From Guillardia theta CCMP2712 (lineage: Eukaryota; Protista; Cryptophyta), in NCBI RefSeq assembly GCF_000315625.1, contig NW_005434664.1:464167-528166 (forward strand): a DNA stretch of 64,000 nucleotides, given 5' to 3'. This document shows positions 1 to 15,423 of the stretch, piece after piece. The position numbers and the translations under genes are program-made. Every line of letters starts with the position of its first letter. Positions within the stretch are counted from its first letter, which is position 1. A model generated the notes under the pieces. It was not told the DNA's origin. It saw only the letters and a program-made list of their open reading frames with translations, and did not search any database.

Positions 1-195
1 TCCTCTCCTCCTCTCCTCCTCTCCTCCTCCTCTCCTCCTCTCCTCTCCTCCTCTCCTCCTCCTCCTCCTCCTCCTCCTCTCCTCCTCTCCTCCTCCTCCT
101 CCTCTCCTCCTCCTCCTCCTCTCCTCCTCTCCTGCTCTCCTCCTCTCCTCCTCTCCTGCTCTCCTCCTCCCCTCCTCTCCTTTCCCCACCCCTCC
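1..195. repeat. (CTC/CT)-type pyrimidine microsatellite
   Basis: Almost pure C/T degenerate CTC/CCTCT repeats at the window start. Confidence 0.9.
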
Positions 196-585
196 TGATC
201 GCATGCTCGGCCTCCCTCACTCGTTTCTCTCGACACCATTCCAGCACAGCACGTGAAGGTATCCGGAATGTATCCGGGAACTCACGGATATTCACGGATA
301 CGGATAGAGTGTTTGTCACGGATGCTAGGAAAACAGGGGTAGGGGGGTATTGAGTTAGACCAGTAAGCCTTTGAAGGAGGGGTAGTATACATAGTAAAAC
401 TTGCTGGTAAGGAGGGGTGGGCTGAAAAATGGAGGGTGGGGTCGGAGGAGTGACAGTACGGTGATTTTGCAGGCATGCAGGGCAAGCAAGGACGAGGTCG
501 GGGAAGGGGAGGAGTGGGAGGGGGGGATGGAGGAGGAGGAGGAGGAGGAGGAAGAGAGAGAGGAGGAAGGAGAGGAGGAGAAGGT

Positions 586-1356
586 ATGAAGCGAGAAAGG
601 GGAGCCGACGATGTTGCAGTAGAGAGGGTGCCTGAGGTCTCACCAAAGAAACGGAAGAGCAACGCCCTTAGAGAACTTTTCCGAACGTACTCGAAGAACG
701 AGACCGAGATGGATCTCGAGGGCTTCATCAGACTCGGTCAAGACCTCTCTGCAAGTGACGAGGAAGCATCCTCGCCTGAGCACACGGCATTTCTCTTCTT
801 CCTCTGCTACAAGATGGGGTGTACCCGGTTTGGTCACCTCGACCAGGACTGCTTCGTGCGGGTATCCGAGTCGCTGAGGTGCTGGCACGTCGACGACTTC
901 AAGGCCAAAAAAAAGGAGATGCTGAGGGAGGCTGCCAAGAACTTCGAGATCTTGTACCCCTACGTCTTCGAGATCCTCCAGGCCGAAGGGAAGAAATATG
1001 TAGAGAAGGACATGGCTATCCTTGCGCTGCAGGTCAGCAAACCCTCCAGCTCCGAGGGCGTGTGGCTCACTTGTGCTGCAGGCCATGTGGAAGGGGCTCC
1101 CGGGGAAGGTCTCGCCGCACGTGGAAAATTTCTCAGAGTTCCTCAACTCCGACGACAAGATCCTCAGCATGAACAAGGACCAATGGCGGAGCTTCCTGCA
1201 GTTCTCAAGGTGAGAAGCCGATGGCTGCGCGGGAGGTGACGGTGAGGCGGCAGGGAGATCGACCAAGAGTTCTCGGGCTACAGTGAGGACGATCCCTGGC
1301 CCAGCCTCTTCGACAGCTACTTCCAGTGGTGGAGGGCGAGACTCCCCAAGGAGTGA
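586..1356 (+). CDS. DCN1: DCN1-like (cullin neddylation, PONY domain) protein, 3 exons
   Basis: Motifs LFRTY..MDLEGFIRLGQDL and FEILYPYVFEIL..GKKYVEKDMAI. After introns at about 1033-1081 and 1210-1253 the frame reads MNKDQWRSFLQFSREIDQEFSGYSEDDPWPSLFDSY, the DCN1 C-terminal D-x-WP-x-x-x-D motif. An alternative start exists at 475. Confidence 0.85.
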
Positions 1357-1477
1357 AGTCTCAGTGGGAGGGGAGGGGAAAGCGGGAGAGGGAGGAAGGA
1401 GGAGGAGGAAGGAGGAGGAGGAAGGAGGGAGGGACCAAGGAGGGTGTAAATAAAGGGGTGTGAGGAGAGGTCTTGCT

Positions 1478-6128
<4,651 letters not shown>

Positions 6129-6485
6129 ATCAGAATTGAAGAAGCGGGGATGAGGGTAATGAAATTGAACCAGGGATTGAGGGGGGAGGAGGGCTCACGG
6201 GAATTTCCATGGTTTCGTGCGAGCCATGGGAGCAATGACGTGGCGGGGGAGAGCGAAGATGGTGGGGGAGGAGAGGGAGGGAGGGGAGAGCCATGACGGT
6301 GATGAGCTACTCGGCATGTCTAGGGTGAAGAGCTCTGCACGATACTAGGAGGGAGAGTGCCCGGGGAAGGAAGAAGGAAGAAGGATCCACAGGAGTGGAG
6401 CCAAGGTCACGAGCGATCCGAAAACCTCGGAAAAGAGCTTGAGGGGCAGACTTCTCAGATGCACTGCTGACCTGTCACACTGAAG

Positions 6486-8510
6486 ATGATCAGCAACGAG
6501 GACGAGGACCTTGAGGTCAACCCTGTGATGGTGACGCTCAAGTTGAAAGCGCCTGACCTGTACAGACGAGCAGCAGACGAGCAACTTCTTGTCTGCATCC
6601 CCTGCGCTGCATCCTCCCAGGGCCTCCCGCTCAATCGTACCACTCTAGAGACGCATCTGCTGAAGCCTTCGCCCTTCTTTGCGGGGCTCTACGAGTCTAT
6701 GAACGGGAAGACGGTGGAGGTGGAGGAAGGGATGCTAGAAACACGGTCCGGGTTCCTTGACAACAGGAGAGTTCGAATCCTCTTTGAGGAGCTCCATTAC
6801 AACGAGAACTTCAAGCCCTTCCGTGTCGTCTGCATCAGCCAGCCCCTTCAAGGAGGTGTGCGTCCGCTCGAGGACAGGAAGAGGGGAAAGGATGCTCAGG
6901 CGCAGGTTGACACTATGGAACAGTGCAAGACCTTCCTGTACGCTCTTCATCTCGTCGACATCTCGCCCATGACAAGAGCCAAGACGTCCATCCGAGAGTT
7001 CTTCCACACCTACCGGATCTTCGCCAAGGGGTACCTGGGGCACGTGACGCCGAAGCTGTGCTCGCTCTTCGATCAGGTGGCGGATGAATTGATCCGCAGC
7101 AACCGCGACCGGCTGGAGGACTACAGCAGGGGGGGCAAGAAGTGGAGCATGTTCCGACGGAGCGTCGAGGTTGTGCTGATGGAGGACACGAAGCTGGCTC
7201 GCAAGTAACAGAGCTCGAACTCCTCCAGCCGCTGCTGCTGACTTTTGAGCCCGCAGGGATCAGGAGGTAGGGGTGTCGAGAGATTCGGAGGACGTCGTGA
7301 ATGCGCACGAGAAGCTCTACCTACGTCTGAGAGATGCGTACAAGGAGGAGGACGCACGTATGAGCCCCGACTAGCATGCTGAACCTGACGGAACCCTCGC
7401 AGGGATCGAAAGGGCCATCACTCTGCTGAAAAGCGACTCAGTGAAGGACTTCGGTGCTGACCCGGTGCTAGAGAAGTGCGACTTCGCTGGACCCGTCAAG
7501 CTTCTGCGGGACTTTCAGAAGCTTCCCTGTGCTCTGGACAAGGTGCTGAGCAATGCCCCCCACCTGTTTGTCACATGCGCGATGCAGGCCTCTACACTCA
7601 AGGACGTGACCAACGCCATCCACGCGGTGAGTTATGGAGAGCGTTCCGTGGTGCTTCTCACTTGTGCCAGTCTGTGCTGGAGGCCATCGAGAAGGGACGA
7701 GTGCCAGAGCAGACGAAGATCGGATCAGACGACCTGCTCCCGCTCTTCATCTTCGCTCTCGTGCAGGCCTCACCGAGATGCATCTACTCGAACGCCGAGT
7801 TGCTGCAGGTGAAGTGGAGGATCTCTATAGTTGTCTTCCTGTCCCTCACAAGCATGGCAGCACTTCACATCCTTCGGCTCCATGGACAGCGAGATATCGT
7901 TCCATGCGGCGAACCTGAGGGCGGCTGCAGACTTCCTGCTGCAGAGCGGTCTCATCCCCTTCGAGCATTCTTCTTGTTGACTGAGCAGACTCTTCAGCTT
8001 CTCACGTCAAGCAGCCGAGCCGATACACGCCGAGCACTGGAGTTCCGCCTGAAGAAGCTCTGACAGACGAGGGTCTGGAGCTTCCGGGACTACCAGCAAC
8101 CAGCAAACCGAGCAAGAGACACTCGGACTCAACGCTGCCACGTCAGCGAGGAATCGACCAGAACGAACACGAAAGTGAGATGGCTTGTTGCCTTGCCTCT
8201 CCTCCCTGCCATGCTCTCATCACCCCGCACAGAGTCTTCGCGCAAACCTTCGGATCCTGTCACGTCGACTGACGTGCGCAAGGCTGGGCCAGAGGAAACG
8301 GTGAGATCTGCTGCAGCACTTTCTTCCTACTGCGCTCATCCAGTGTAGACACAGAAACTACCGACAAGGTCGCTCACGACAAGACAAGGAAGTTTGAATT
8401 CATTTGGTGCGATCAAGGACGAGGAGGAGGAGATGCAGCTGGGGGAGTTCCTGCTGGCGCTCAAGTCTGAGGATCTGCCCACGTCATCGGGGAGGGGTGT
8501 ACCCTTCTAG
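6486..8510 (+). CDS. VARP/ANKRD27-like VPS9-domain Rab GEF, multi-exon
   Basis: The N-terminus (EDLEVNP..LVCIPC..SMNGKTV..ILFEELHYNENFKPFRVVCISQPL) resembles the ANKRD27 N-terminal domain. A VPS9 core follows: IGSDDLLPLFIFALVQ..SNAELLQ..EISFHAANLRAAADF. The 3' end is approximate. Confidence 0.8.
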
Positions 8511-8642
8511 TGACATCGAAACTGTTCTATTAAAGCTCACGACAAAGCGAAGGCAGTGGGAAAACTACTTGACAAGGAGGGTTCACGGGAAAAAGACGAA
8601 GCTTTGACGCGACGAGGATGGAGGAGAGAAGGGATCTAGTTT

Positions 8643-9515
8643 CTACATACGCTCTGATACTTTCCTGTGATAGTCATGGGCAATAACTTCTCCTACGAAG
8701 TTGCCATCGCAGTACAGCGAGAGAGGCCTCGTTACATTGACGTTGAGCCTGTTTCCTTCCTCTTTCTGCACAACCCAGATCGGCTGGTTGGGGCTGCCAT
8801 GAAAGCTGCGTCCAAGTGAGCAGGGGGGAGGGAAGCGAACATGAAAGTACCTTGCCATCTCCTCTCGGACCTTGTCATCGACGTCCTTGAGGTTAGGGTC
8901 TACCCATCGCATGTAGTCCTTGAACCTGCATCTCGCCCCTCACTCTCCGCGTGGCACAACCTCCTCCCCTTACGGCTCTCGCATCGCCATCATGTAGTAG
9001 GCCAACGAGTCAAACGGCGAGTCGATGAAGTCCTTCCTGAAGTTCTTCAGGCAGTCAACATACCTAAGGAGGCAGGTCAGCAGAGCCTCAGGAAACAACA
9101 CCTCCAATCCTGAACTTACGGTCTCAAGCTCCTTTCCAGCCGCGCCGCCGATGCCTTGGCGATCACGCTCCCATCGACACCATGCTGCATCTGCTCGTTG
9201 ATCTGTCCAGATCATCAGGAACAACTCGCATGCACAGAGTTGAACAACCTCTTTCACCCAGTATGTCACCCCCTTTGTCGTCGCTATGGTGATCTTACAC
9301 ATCCTGCCCATGTCCTCCAAGTCCACTCCGCTGATTCCCTCGCGCTGTTTCTCCACCTGCGATAGGATGCTGTGCACCTCCTCGTACCACTCAGCAACGG
9401 AAGGCGCCATCCCGTCCTTGGGTCTGGCAGCCTTCTTGAGAGACTGCATGGCATCTGCGAGGGTGTGAGACTTCTTTGGAAGCCCCCCCTGAGGACTGCA
9501 GAACGACTGGCCCAT
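8643..9515 (-). CDS. Hypothetical protein, multi-exon, N-terminus MGQSFC
   Basis: Consecutive coding-like ORF segments separated by short GT-AG introns. No family recognised. Confidence 0.6.
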
Positions 9516-9609
9516 CTAAAATTCACGCGGTCAGTCAGATGCAATCGTCAGATCTTCGCCCATTCTCTCTCATGCACCATCTCGCATATCTCACAACCTC
9601 CTTTTCCTT

Positions 9610-9708
9610 CCTCATCGTCCTCATCGTCCTCATCGTCCTCATCGTCCTCATCGTCCTCATCGTCCTCATCGTCCTCATCGTCCTCATCGTCCTCATCGTC
9701 CTCATCGT
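9610..9708. repeat. (CCTCATCGT)11 tandem repeat
   Basis: 11 copies of a 9-mer upstream of the 8643-9515 gene. Confidence 0.95.
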
Positions 9709-9943
9709 TCTCTCCATGTCGTCTCCTCGCATTCGCTTGCTTTGCTGTCTTCCCCCATGTCTTGTCACACTCCCCAGGAATAACAAAATCAAAAGATCAT
9801 TCGATTTAAGTCACAATTTTACAGAAAATTCGATTAAAATCAGATCAGATCAGTCCGCGATCGATTCAAACCATAGCTTTGAGGCGGGCTTGAGAAATAG
9901 GTGTATGAGGGCGATGAGGCAAGCCTGGGGAAAGGATTTCGAA

Positions 9944-10072
9944 ATGGCGGGTGAGATGGTGAGGGCGGCGGAGGATCTAGGAATGCAGGTGAGCTGACGA
10001 TGTTCAATGTCCATGAGAGACGAAGGGGACAGAGACAGAGACAGAGACAGAGACAGAGACAGAGACAGAGAC

Positions 10073-10113
<41 letters not shown>

Positions 10114-10990
10114 ACTTTAGAGCAGTGCATGCTCCGTGGTCAACTGGCTCCTTCTCTGTCCAGGACCTAGAAGCTTTTTTGTGGCAGGTCAGCATGTCAC
10201 TGATCGTTTCATCAGGCCAAGCAGGACAGGATGGACGGAATGCTCTTTTCTCTCGTTGACCGTGTAGACTCCTATGCCGACAGTCACGCCTCCCTGTTGG
10301 AGTGCGAACTACACAATTCTTCTCGTGCGTTGAATGCACTTTATGAGGACCTTGTCTCCAAGAGCGCAGTGCAGAAGAGAACAGAAAACACGTTTGTTGT
10401 GAGCGAGCACGTCCGACTGTTTCACCAGCTTCCAGCAGCAGACATCAAATCGAGGATCCAGGGGAAATTTCTGTCTCCTCATTTCACGATGGAATCCAGC
10501 AAACATCAAGAGCTGCTCACTGCTTTGGACAACGCTTTTCACGACGTCTGCAGAAGCTCCGACGACATCGATGTCGTGAAATGGGTGCACAACGACCAGA
10601 ATCACTCCTCGGACTTGGTGAGTGCTGCATAACACCTTCTCCTCATTCTTGCCGATGACATCTTTGTTACTGACCTCTGATTTTATACAGGCAAAGACTT
10701 GCAGTCAGACTGAAGAAAGCTTGAAGGTCGCACAAGAGAAGCTCCGAAAGGTGATGATATGAAAGCGGTGGAACGTCTGAGTGAATTTCTCGCAGATCCT
10801 CCTCGTGCGTCAGTCGTTCTCACAACTATCAACATCTCTCAACCAGGAGAACAAGGCGTTTGCATGAAGGATCAGCCTTGGCCGCATGGAAGTAAACAGC
10901 AGCGGTTTTGCTCTATTGCCTATCTGATTCAACCTCCTCCATGTACTGTTACGTCCTCTCGTCATCCAGTCATCATGGTCACAGAGCCTC
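9944..10990 (+). CDS. Hypothetical helical/coiled-coil protein, multi-exon
   Basis: MAGEMVRAAEDLGMQ followed by a GTGAG donor, a 133-aa internal exon at 10231-10617 and further short exons. The end is uncertain. Confidence 0.45.
10027..10112. repeat. (GAGACA)n/(GACA)n microsatellite
   Basis: Directly visible repeat, probably intronic. Confidence 0.9.
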
Positions 10991-11013
10991 GGAGCTCAAT
11001 CATCATGACTCCC

Positions 11014-11425
11014 TCATATTCTCAGCTTCCCTTCAATCCGATCCTGCAAGGCCGACAGACTCTGTGATAGTTCCTGACAGCAATGTAAGTCACTGTCAGG
11101 CGTGACAGTTGAGTAGGAGTCAGACGTCAAACTCCGTCTTGCTTTCTCTCAGCTGCTCCTCCTCGATCTCGTTTCCAACGGGAACCCATTTTCTCCTCCA
11201 TCTTCTCGCATCCTCCTCCTTCGCTCCCTCCGCTCCTCCCCCATCTCTCACTGGTTTCCTCGACTGCACATAAGATATGTGCCTCCCCCTGTCGTGCCGC
11301 GCCAGAGTCGATGCTGCTGCTGTCCGAGACAGGGAGGCAAGGATTGTCGGGGAGACAGTACAGCTAGCGAGAAGCGAAAGGGAAGGAGGCGAGGCGAGAA
11401 CAGACGAGAACAGAGAGCGAAACAT
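11014..11425 (-). CDS. Small hypothetical protein with a Ser/Arg-rich presequence-like N-terminus and a C-terminal coiled coil
   Basis: MFRSLFSSVLAS...EEEQLRESKTEFD, then a short intron, then ELSQSLSALQDRIEGKLRI*. Confidence 0.4.
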
Positions 11426-11715
11426 GTCTGGTCTCAACTTCGCCAGCGTTCCTAGTTGAGCTGTAGGAGCATCGTCTGTGTGAGCCTGCTGCTTGCGGGG
11501 AAGCAGGGGATACGAGAAGATCAGTGTGTCCGTCTCTCCCTCTCTCTCCTCTCCTCCTTCCCATTGCATCGCTCCCGCTCCCCCTCCCCCCAGCCCTCCC
11601 CCCGGCCCTCCCCCCGCCCCCCCCCCCCCCTTTACCTTGGATTCCTTTTCCCTCACAACAAACTCCCCCACAAATATCCCCTGTGGTCCCCCTACTACCC
11701 TTAAATGTACGTAAA

Positions 11716-11815
11716 NNNNNNNNNNNNNNNNNNNNNNNNNNNNNNNNNNNNNNNNNNNNNNNNNNNNNNNNNNNNNNNNNNNNNNNNNNNNNNNNNNNNN
11801 NNNNNNNNNNNNNNN
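11716..11815. other. Assembly gap (100 N)
   Basis: N run. Confidence 1.
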
Positions 11816-11910
11816 TCCCCTCCCCTCCCATCCACTTCCCCCTCACCTTTCCCCCTCCCCTCCCCCTCCCCTCCCCTCACTCCTCCCCTTGGCTCTCCTG
11901 CTCCACCTCC

Positions 11911-12260
11911 ATGTTATGGTGCAACGATGTTGTCGTGGTCAGGCACAAGACGAGCGACGGTGAGGAGAAACGAGAGAGCAGAGGAGGTGGTCAGCTCTTG
12001 TAGGGGATGAGGTAGAGAGTCGTGAGGAAGAGGAGGCAGAGGAGGTGGTCAGCTCTTGTAGGGGATGAGGTAGAGAGTCGTGAGGAAGAGGAGGCAGAGG
12101 AGGTGGTCAGCTCTTGTAGGGGATGAGGTAGAGAGTCGTGAGGAAGAGGAGGCAGGAGAGTGACAAGGCACAATGGATACCTGCTCACCCTCCCCCATCC
12201 TCATCCTCATCGTCGTCATCAGTATCGTCGTCATCGGAGTTGTAGTAGTTGAGGTTTTGT

Positions 12261-12292
<32 letters not shown>

Positions 12293-15200
12293 CAGCAGTA
12301 CCATTCATCGTCAGCATCATCACTCGTATCATCGTCATCATCATCACTTTCATCGTCGTCATCGTCATCACCATCAACATCATCCTCAATATCACTATTA
12401 TCATCGTCGTCGTCTTCATCATCACCACCACCATCACCATTGCCCCCTTCTCACATGTGATTTTTGTTTCTCTGAATTGCTTGTAGGAGCGACTGTCCTG
12501 CGATGCACTTCGTTCAACCTCTACTGCGGTCTTCCGGCTTCTCCTAACAGACCTCCCTCCCTCCCTCCCTCCTTCCTTCCCTTCCTCCTTCCGCCTTTCT
12601 CAATGCATTTTTCACACCTTAGCTGCCCTCTTCTCTCCTACCCTATCCTATTCTATTCCATTCTTCCCCTTCCCTGTACCCACTCCCTCCTCTCCTCCCT
12701 CCTCTCCTCTCTCCTCTCTCCTCTCTCCTCTCTCCTCTCTCCTCTCTCCTCTCTCCTCTCTCCTCTCTCCTCTCTCCTCTCTCCTCTCTCCTCTCTCCTT
12801 GCTTCGCTCTTCTCCCTCACTGCGTGTGCTGCAGGAAAGAGCTCTCTGTTCGGAGCAGAGGTTCTCCTGGCGGTGGAAGGGAAGGAGTATGCGGAGCTGC
12901 GGTGATGACCCTCCTGCTGTCCTCCAGCTCACCGGCTCCTGCAGCATGCGCGTCGAGTATGACGGCTACGTGAGGTTCAAAGATGGAGGACAGAAACCAT
13001 CCATGGTTGAGGAGGAGGAGGACGAGGAGGGGAAGGGGATAAGATGGGAAGAGGAAGCGATGCGGCGGCGCAATGACAGTGGAAACAGGAGGTGCTTGAA
13101 TCACTTTCGCTGCGTCAGGGAAAGAATTCCCTCGAGGCGAGGATACATCACCCCTCCTTCCTGGGGAGACGACAGGGGGTGGCGTGCGCTTCAGTGTGGG
13201 TAAGAACAGGATGACGGGATGAGGATGGGGAGAGGGGAGAACCAGAATGGGAGGCAAGTGGGAGAGGGACAAGAGGAGGATGGGACGAGGATGTACGGAA
13301 AGTGACTGCAGCGACAGCTGTGGGAGGAGGAGAACGAAGTTTGTGTGGTTGACGTGGATGGGACTATCACCCTGTCTGACAAGATTGGACTGTTCGCCTC
13401 TTCCTTCCTCTCCGCTTCTAAGTAATTCCATCCTATCACTCCTCTCCTTTCCCTCCTTTCTCTCCCCAGTACTCCCTATCCCGTCCTATGCCTCCCACTC
13501 CCCTTCTCCCTTCCCTCCCTCCTCTCCCCAGTATACCTGCTCTTCTCCTATCCCCTCCTATCTCTCCTATCCCGTTCTCTGCCTCTTCTCTGTTCCCCTG
13601 CCATGCTTTCCAATTCCCTCCTCTCATCTCCCCTCCCCTCCTCTCTTCTCCCATTCTCTCCTCTCTCTCCTTCTCTCCTCTCCCCTCCTCGCCCATTCCC
13701 GTCCATCGTTCGCCTCCCTCATCCCCTCAACTTTCTTCTGCAGGAAGATAGGGAGTGTGTTGTCGCGAACGAGATGGAGGAGGGAGGAGGATGCAGAAGA
13801 AGCGGCAGGGGCCTCGTCGACTTCCAAGATGTCCTCCCTTGCAGATGCGTTGCGCAATGGATACGTACATGAGCATGTGAGGAGGAAGGGAGAAAGGAAG
13901 AGAGGGGGGGAAGAGGAGTGAGGGAAAGGGCGGGGGGGGGAGGAGGAGCGAGGAGGTCGAGTTTGATGCTGCGATCAGGTCGACCAGGTTCTTAGAGTCA
14001 TCGGGTCTCTCAATGTTCGCTTGCTCTACCTCACGGCGAGGCCGATCAGCCTGACCATGAGGACGAAGACCTTTCTCGATCATATCGGAGCTCCGGTCTG
14101 AAGAGGAGGATAGACGCGGGAGGGAGGAGAAGCACACAGGACAAGGATCGAAAGAGGGGGGGGGACGAAGTAGGAGGAAGGGGGGAGTGGGGGGAAGATG
14201 AGAAGGAGGATGGAGAAAGGAGGCTGACAAAGAGATAGGAAGGTGCCGTGATCACAATGCCACATCCTGTTGTTCGATCGCTTGGAACGGGCCATGAAGA
14301 CTTCAAGGTCTCCGTTCTACTCCAGGTCTGCTGCTGCTGCTGCTGCTGCTGCTCCTCCTCCTCCTCCTCCTCCTCCTCCTCCTCCTCCTCCTCCTCCTCC
14401 TCCTCCTCCTCCTCCTGGTCGCGTGTGGGAGGTGAAGACCGACGACAGGTGCGCGATGCCTTCCTGGATGCGAGCCCCTTCGTGGCCGGGTTTGGCAACC
14501 AGGTGAAAAAGAGGAGTCGGAAGAAGATGAAAAGTAGAATGAAGGGAGAGGCAGGCAGAGAAGTGAAGAGAGCAGGGGGAGGAAAGATTGCGGAGGAAGT
14601 AGGGGCAAGGTGAAGGGAAGGGGGGCGGGGCAGGGGCAGGGGCAGGGGCAGAGGCAGAGGCAGGGGCAGGGGAAGAGGCAGAGGCAGAGGCAGAGGCGAG
14701 AGGCAGGGGCAGGGGCAGGGGCAGGGGCAGGAGTAAGGGAGTGCAGGTGGATTGAAGGTCAGGAGTGACCTGAGCGAGGCCGCAGACTTCGGACGTACAG
14801 GCTTACCTGGCGGGAGGGGTTCCAAGGTCGAGAATCTTCATAGTAGACAAGACTTCCAAGGTGAGCAGGGTCCCTTCCCCCTTCCCCCACAGACGTCCGA
14901 AATCACTCTCCTCCCCCTCCCCCTTCCATTGTTTCCCCTCCTCCCTCATTCTTTCTCTTCCTATCCCCTGTTTCCTACTTCGCTTCTCCCCCTCTTCCTA
15001 CTTGTCAACTCTCCCTCCTAATCCTGACATCTCCTCCCTAATTCTTCTCTGCCCTCCACTCACCCTTTTTCCTCTGAGTCCACCGTGCTGCAGATTCGTA
15101 CGCCAGCGGGGCAGCACGAGTTCTCTTCCTACCTAGATCTCAGCGAGTGCTTGCCGGAGCTCTTCCGAGACGAGCGAGAGAGGAGAAAAGCTGCAGCAGC

Positions 15201-15360
15201 AACGTCGGCAAGGGCGGAGGAAGGAAAGCAGGAGGAGAGTGAACGAGTCGAGGGGGAAGAGGAGGCTGAGGGGGACAGCCGCGAAAGCGTTGGGCGGGAA
15301 AGGGGAGGGGAAGGAGGAAGAGGGGAGGGAGAAAGCGAAGGGGGCAAAAGCGAGATGTGA
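11911..15360 (+). CDS. PAH1: Lipin/Pah1-family phosphatidate phosphatase (N-LIP + C-LIP), many small exons
   Basis: Exons read MLWCNDVVVVRH, MRVEYDGYVRF, EVLESLSLRQGKNSL, LWEEENEVCVVDVDGTITLSD (catalytic DxDxT), LLYLTARPI, EDFKVSVL, FVAGFGNQ, SRIFIVDK and FSSYLDL. Confidence 0.85.
11978..12151. repeat. 58-bp tandem repeat x3
   Basis: GCAGAGGAGGTGGTCAGCTCTTGTAGGGGATGAGGTAGAGAGTCGTGAGGAAGAGGAG at 11978, 12036 and 12094. Confidence 0.95.
12195..12440. repeat. CAT/CGT/CAG degenerate trinucleotide tract (intronic)
   Basis: Mixed (CAG)n and (CAT)n runs. Confidence 0.85.
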
Positions 15361-15423
15361 ATGTAAAAAACTTGTACATTAAAGAACCGGATTATTTTTG
15401 ATTGATCCTCCCCCTCCTCCTGT

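Noticed and set aside
7199-7210. Possible GC-AG intron (GCAAGT) in the VPS9 gene
   Set aside because: The adjacent GT donor (GTAACA) restores the reading frame.
11978-12151. Possible CRISPR-like array
   Set aside because: The units are identical head-to-tail with no unique spacers, the context is a eukaryotic intron and there are no cas genes.
12249-12905. His-rich protein ORF
   Set aside because: It arises from the CAT microsatellite in a lipin intron. Only a short internal part is a real exon.
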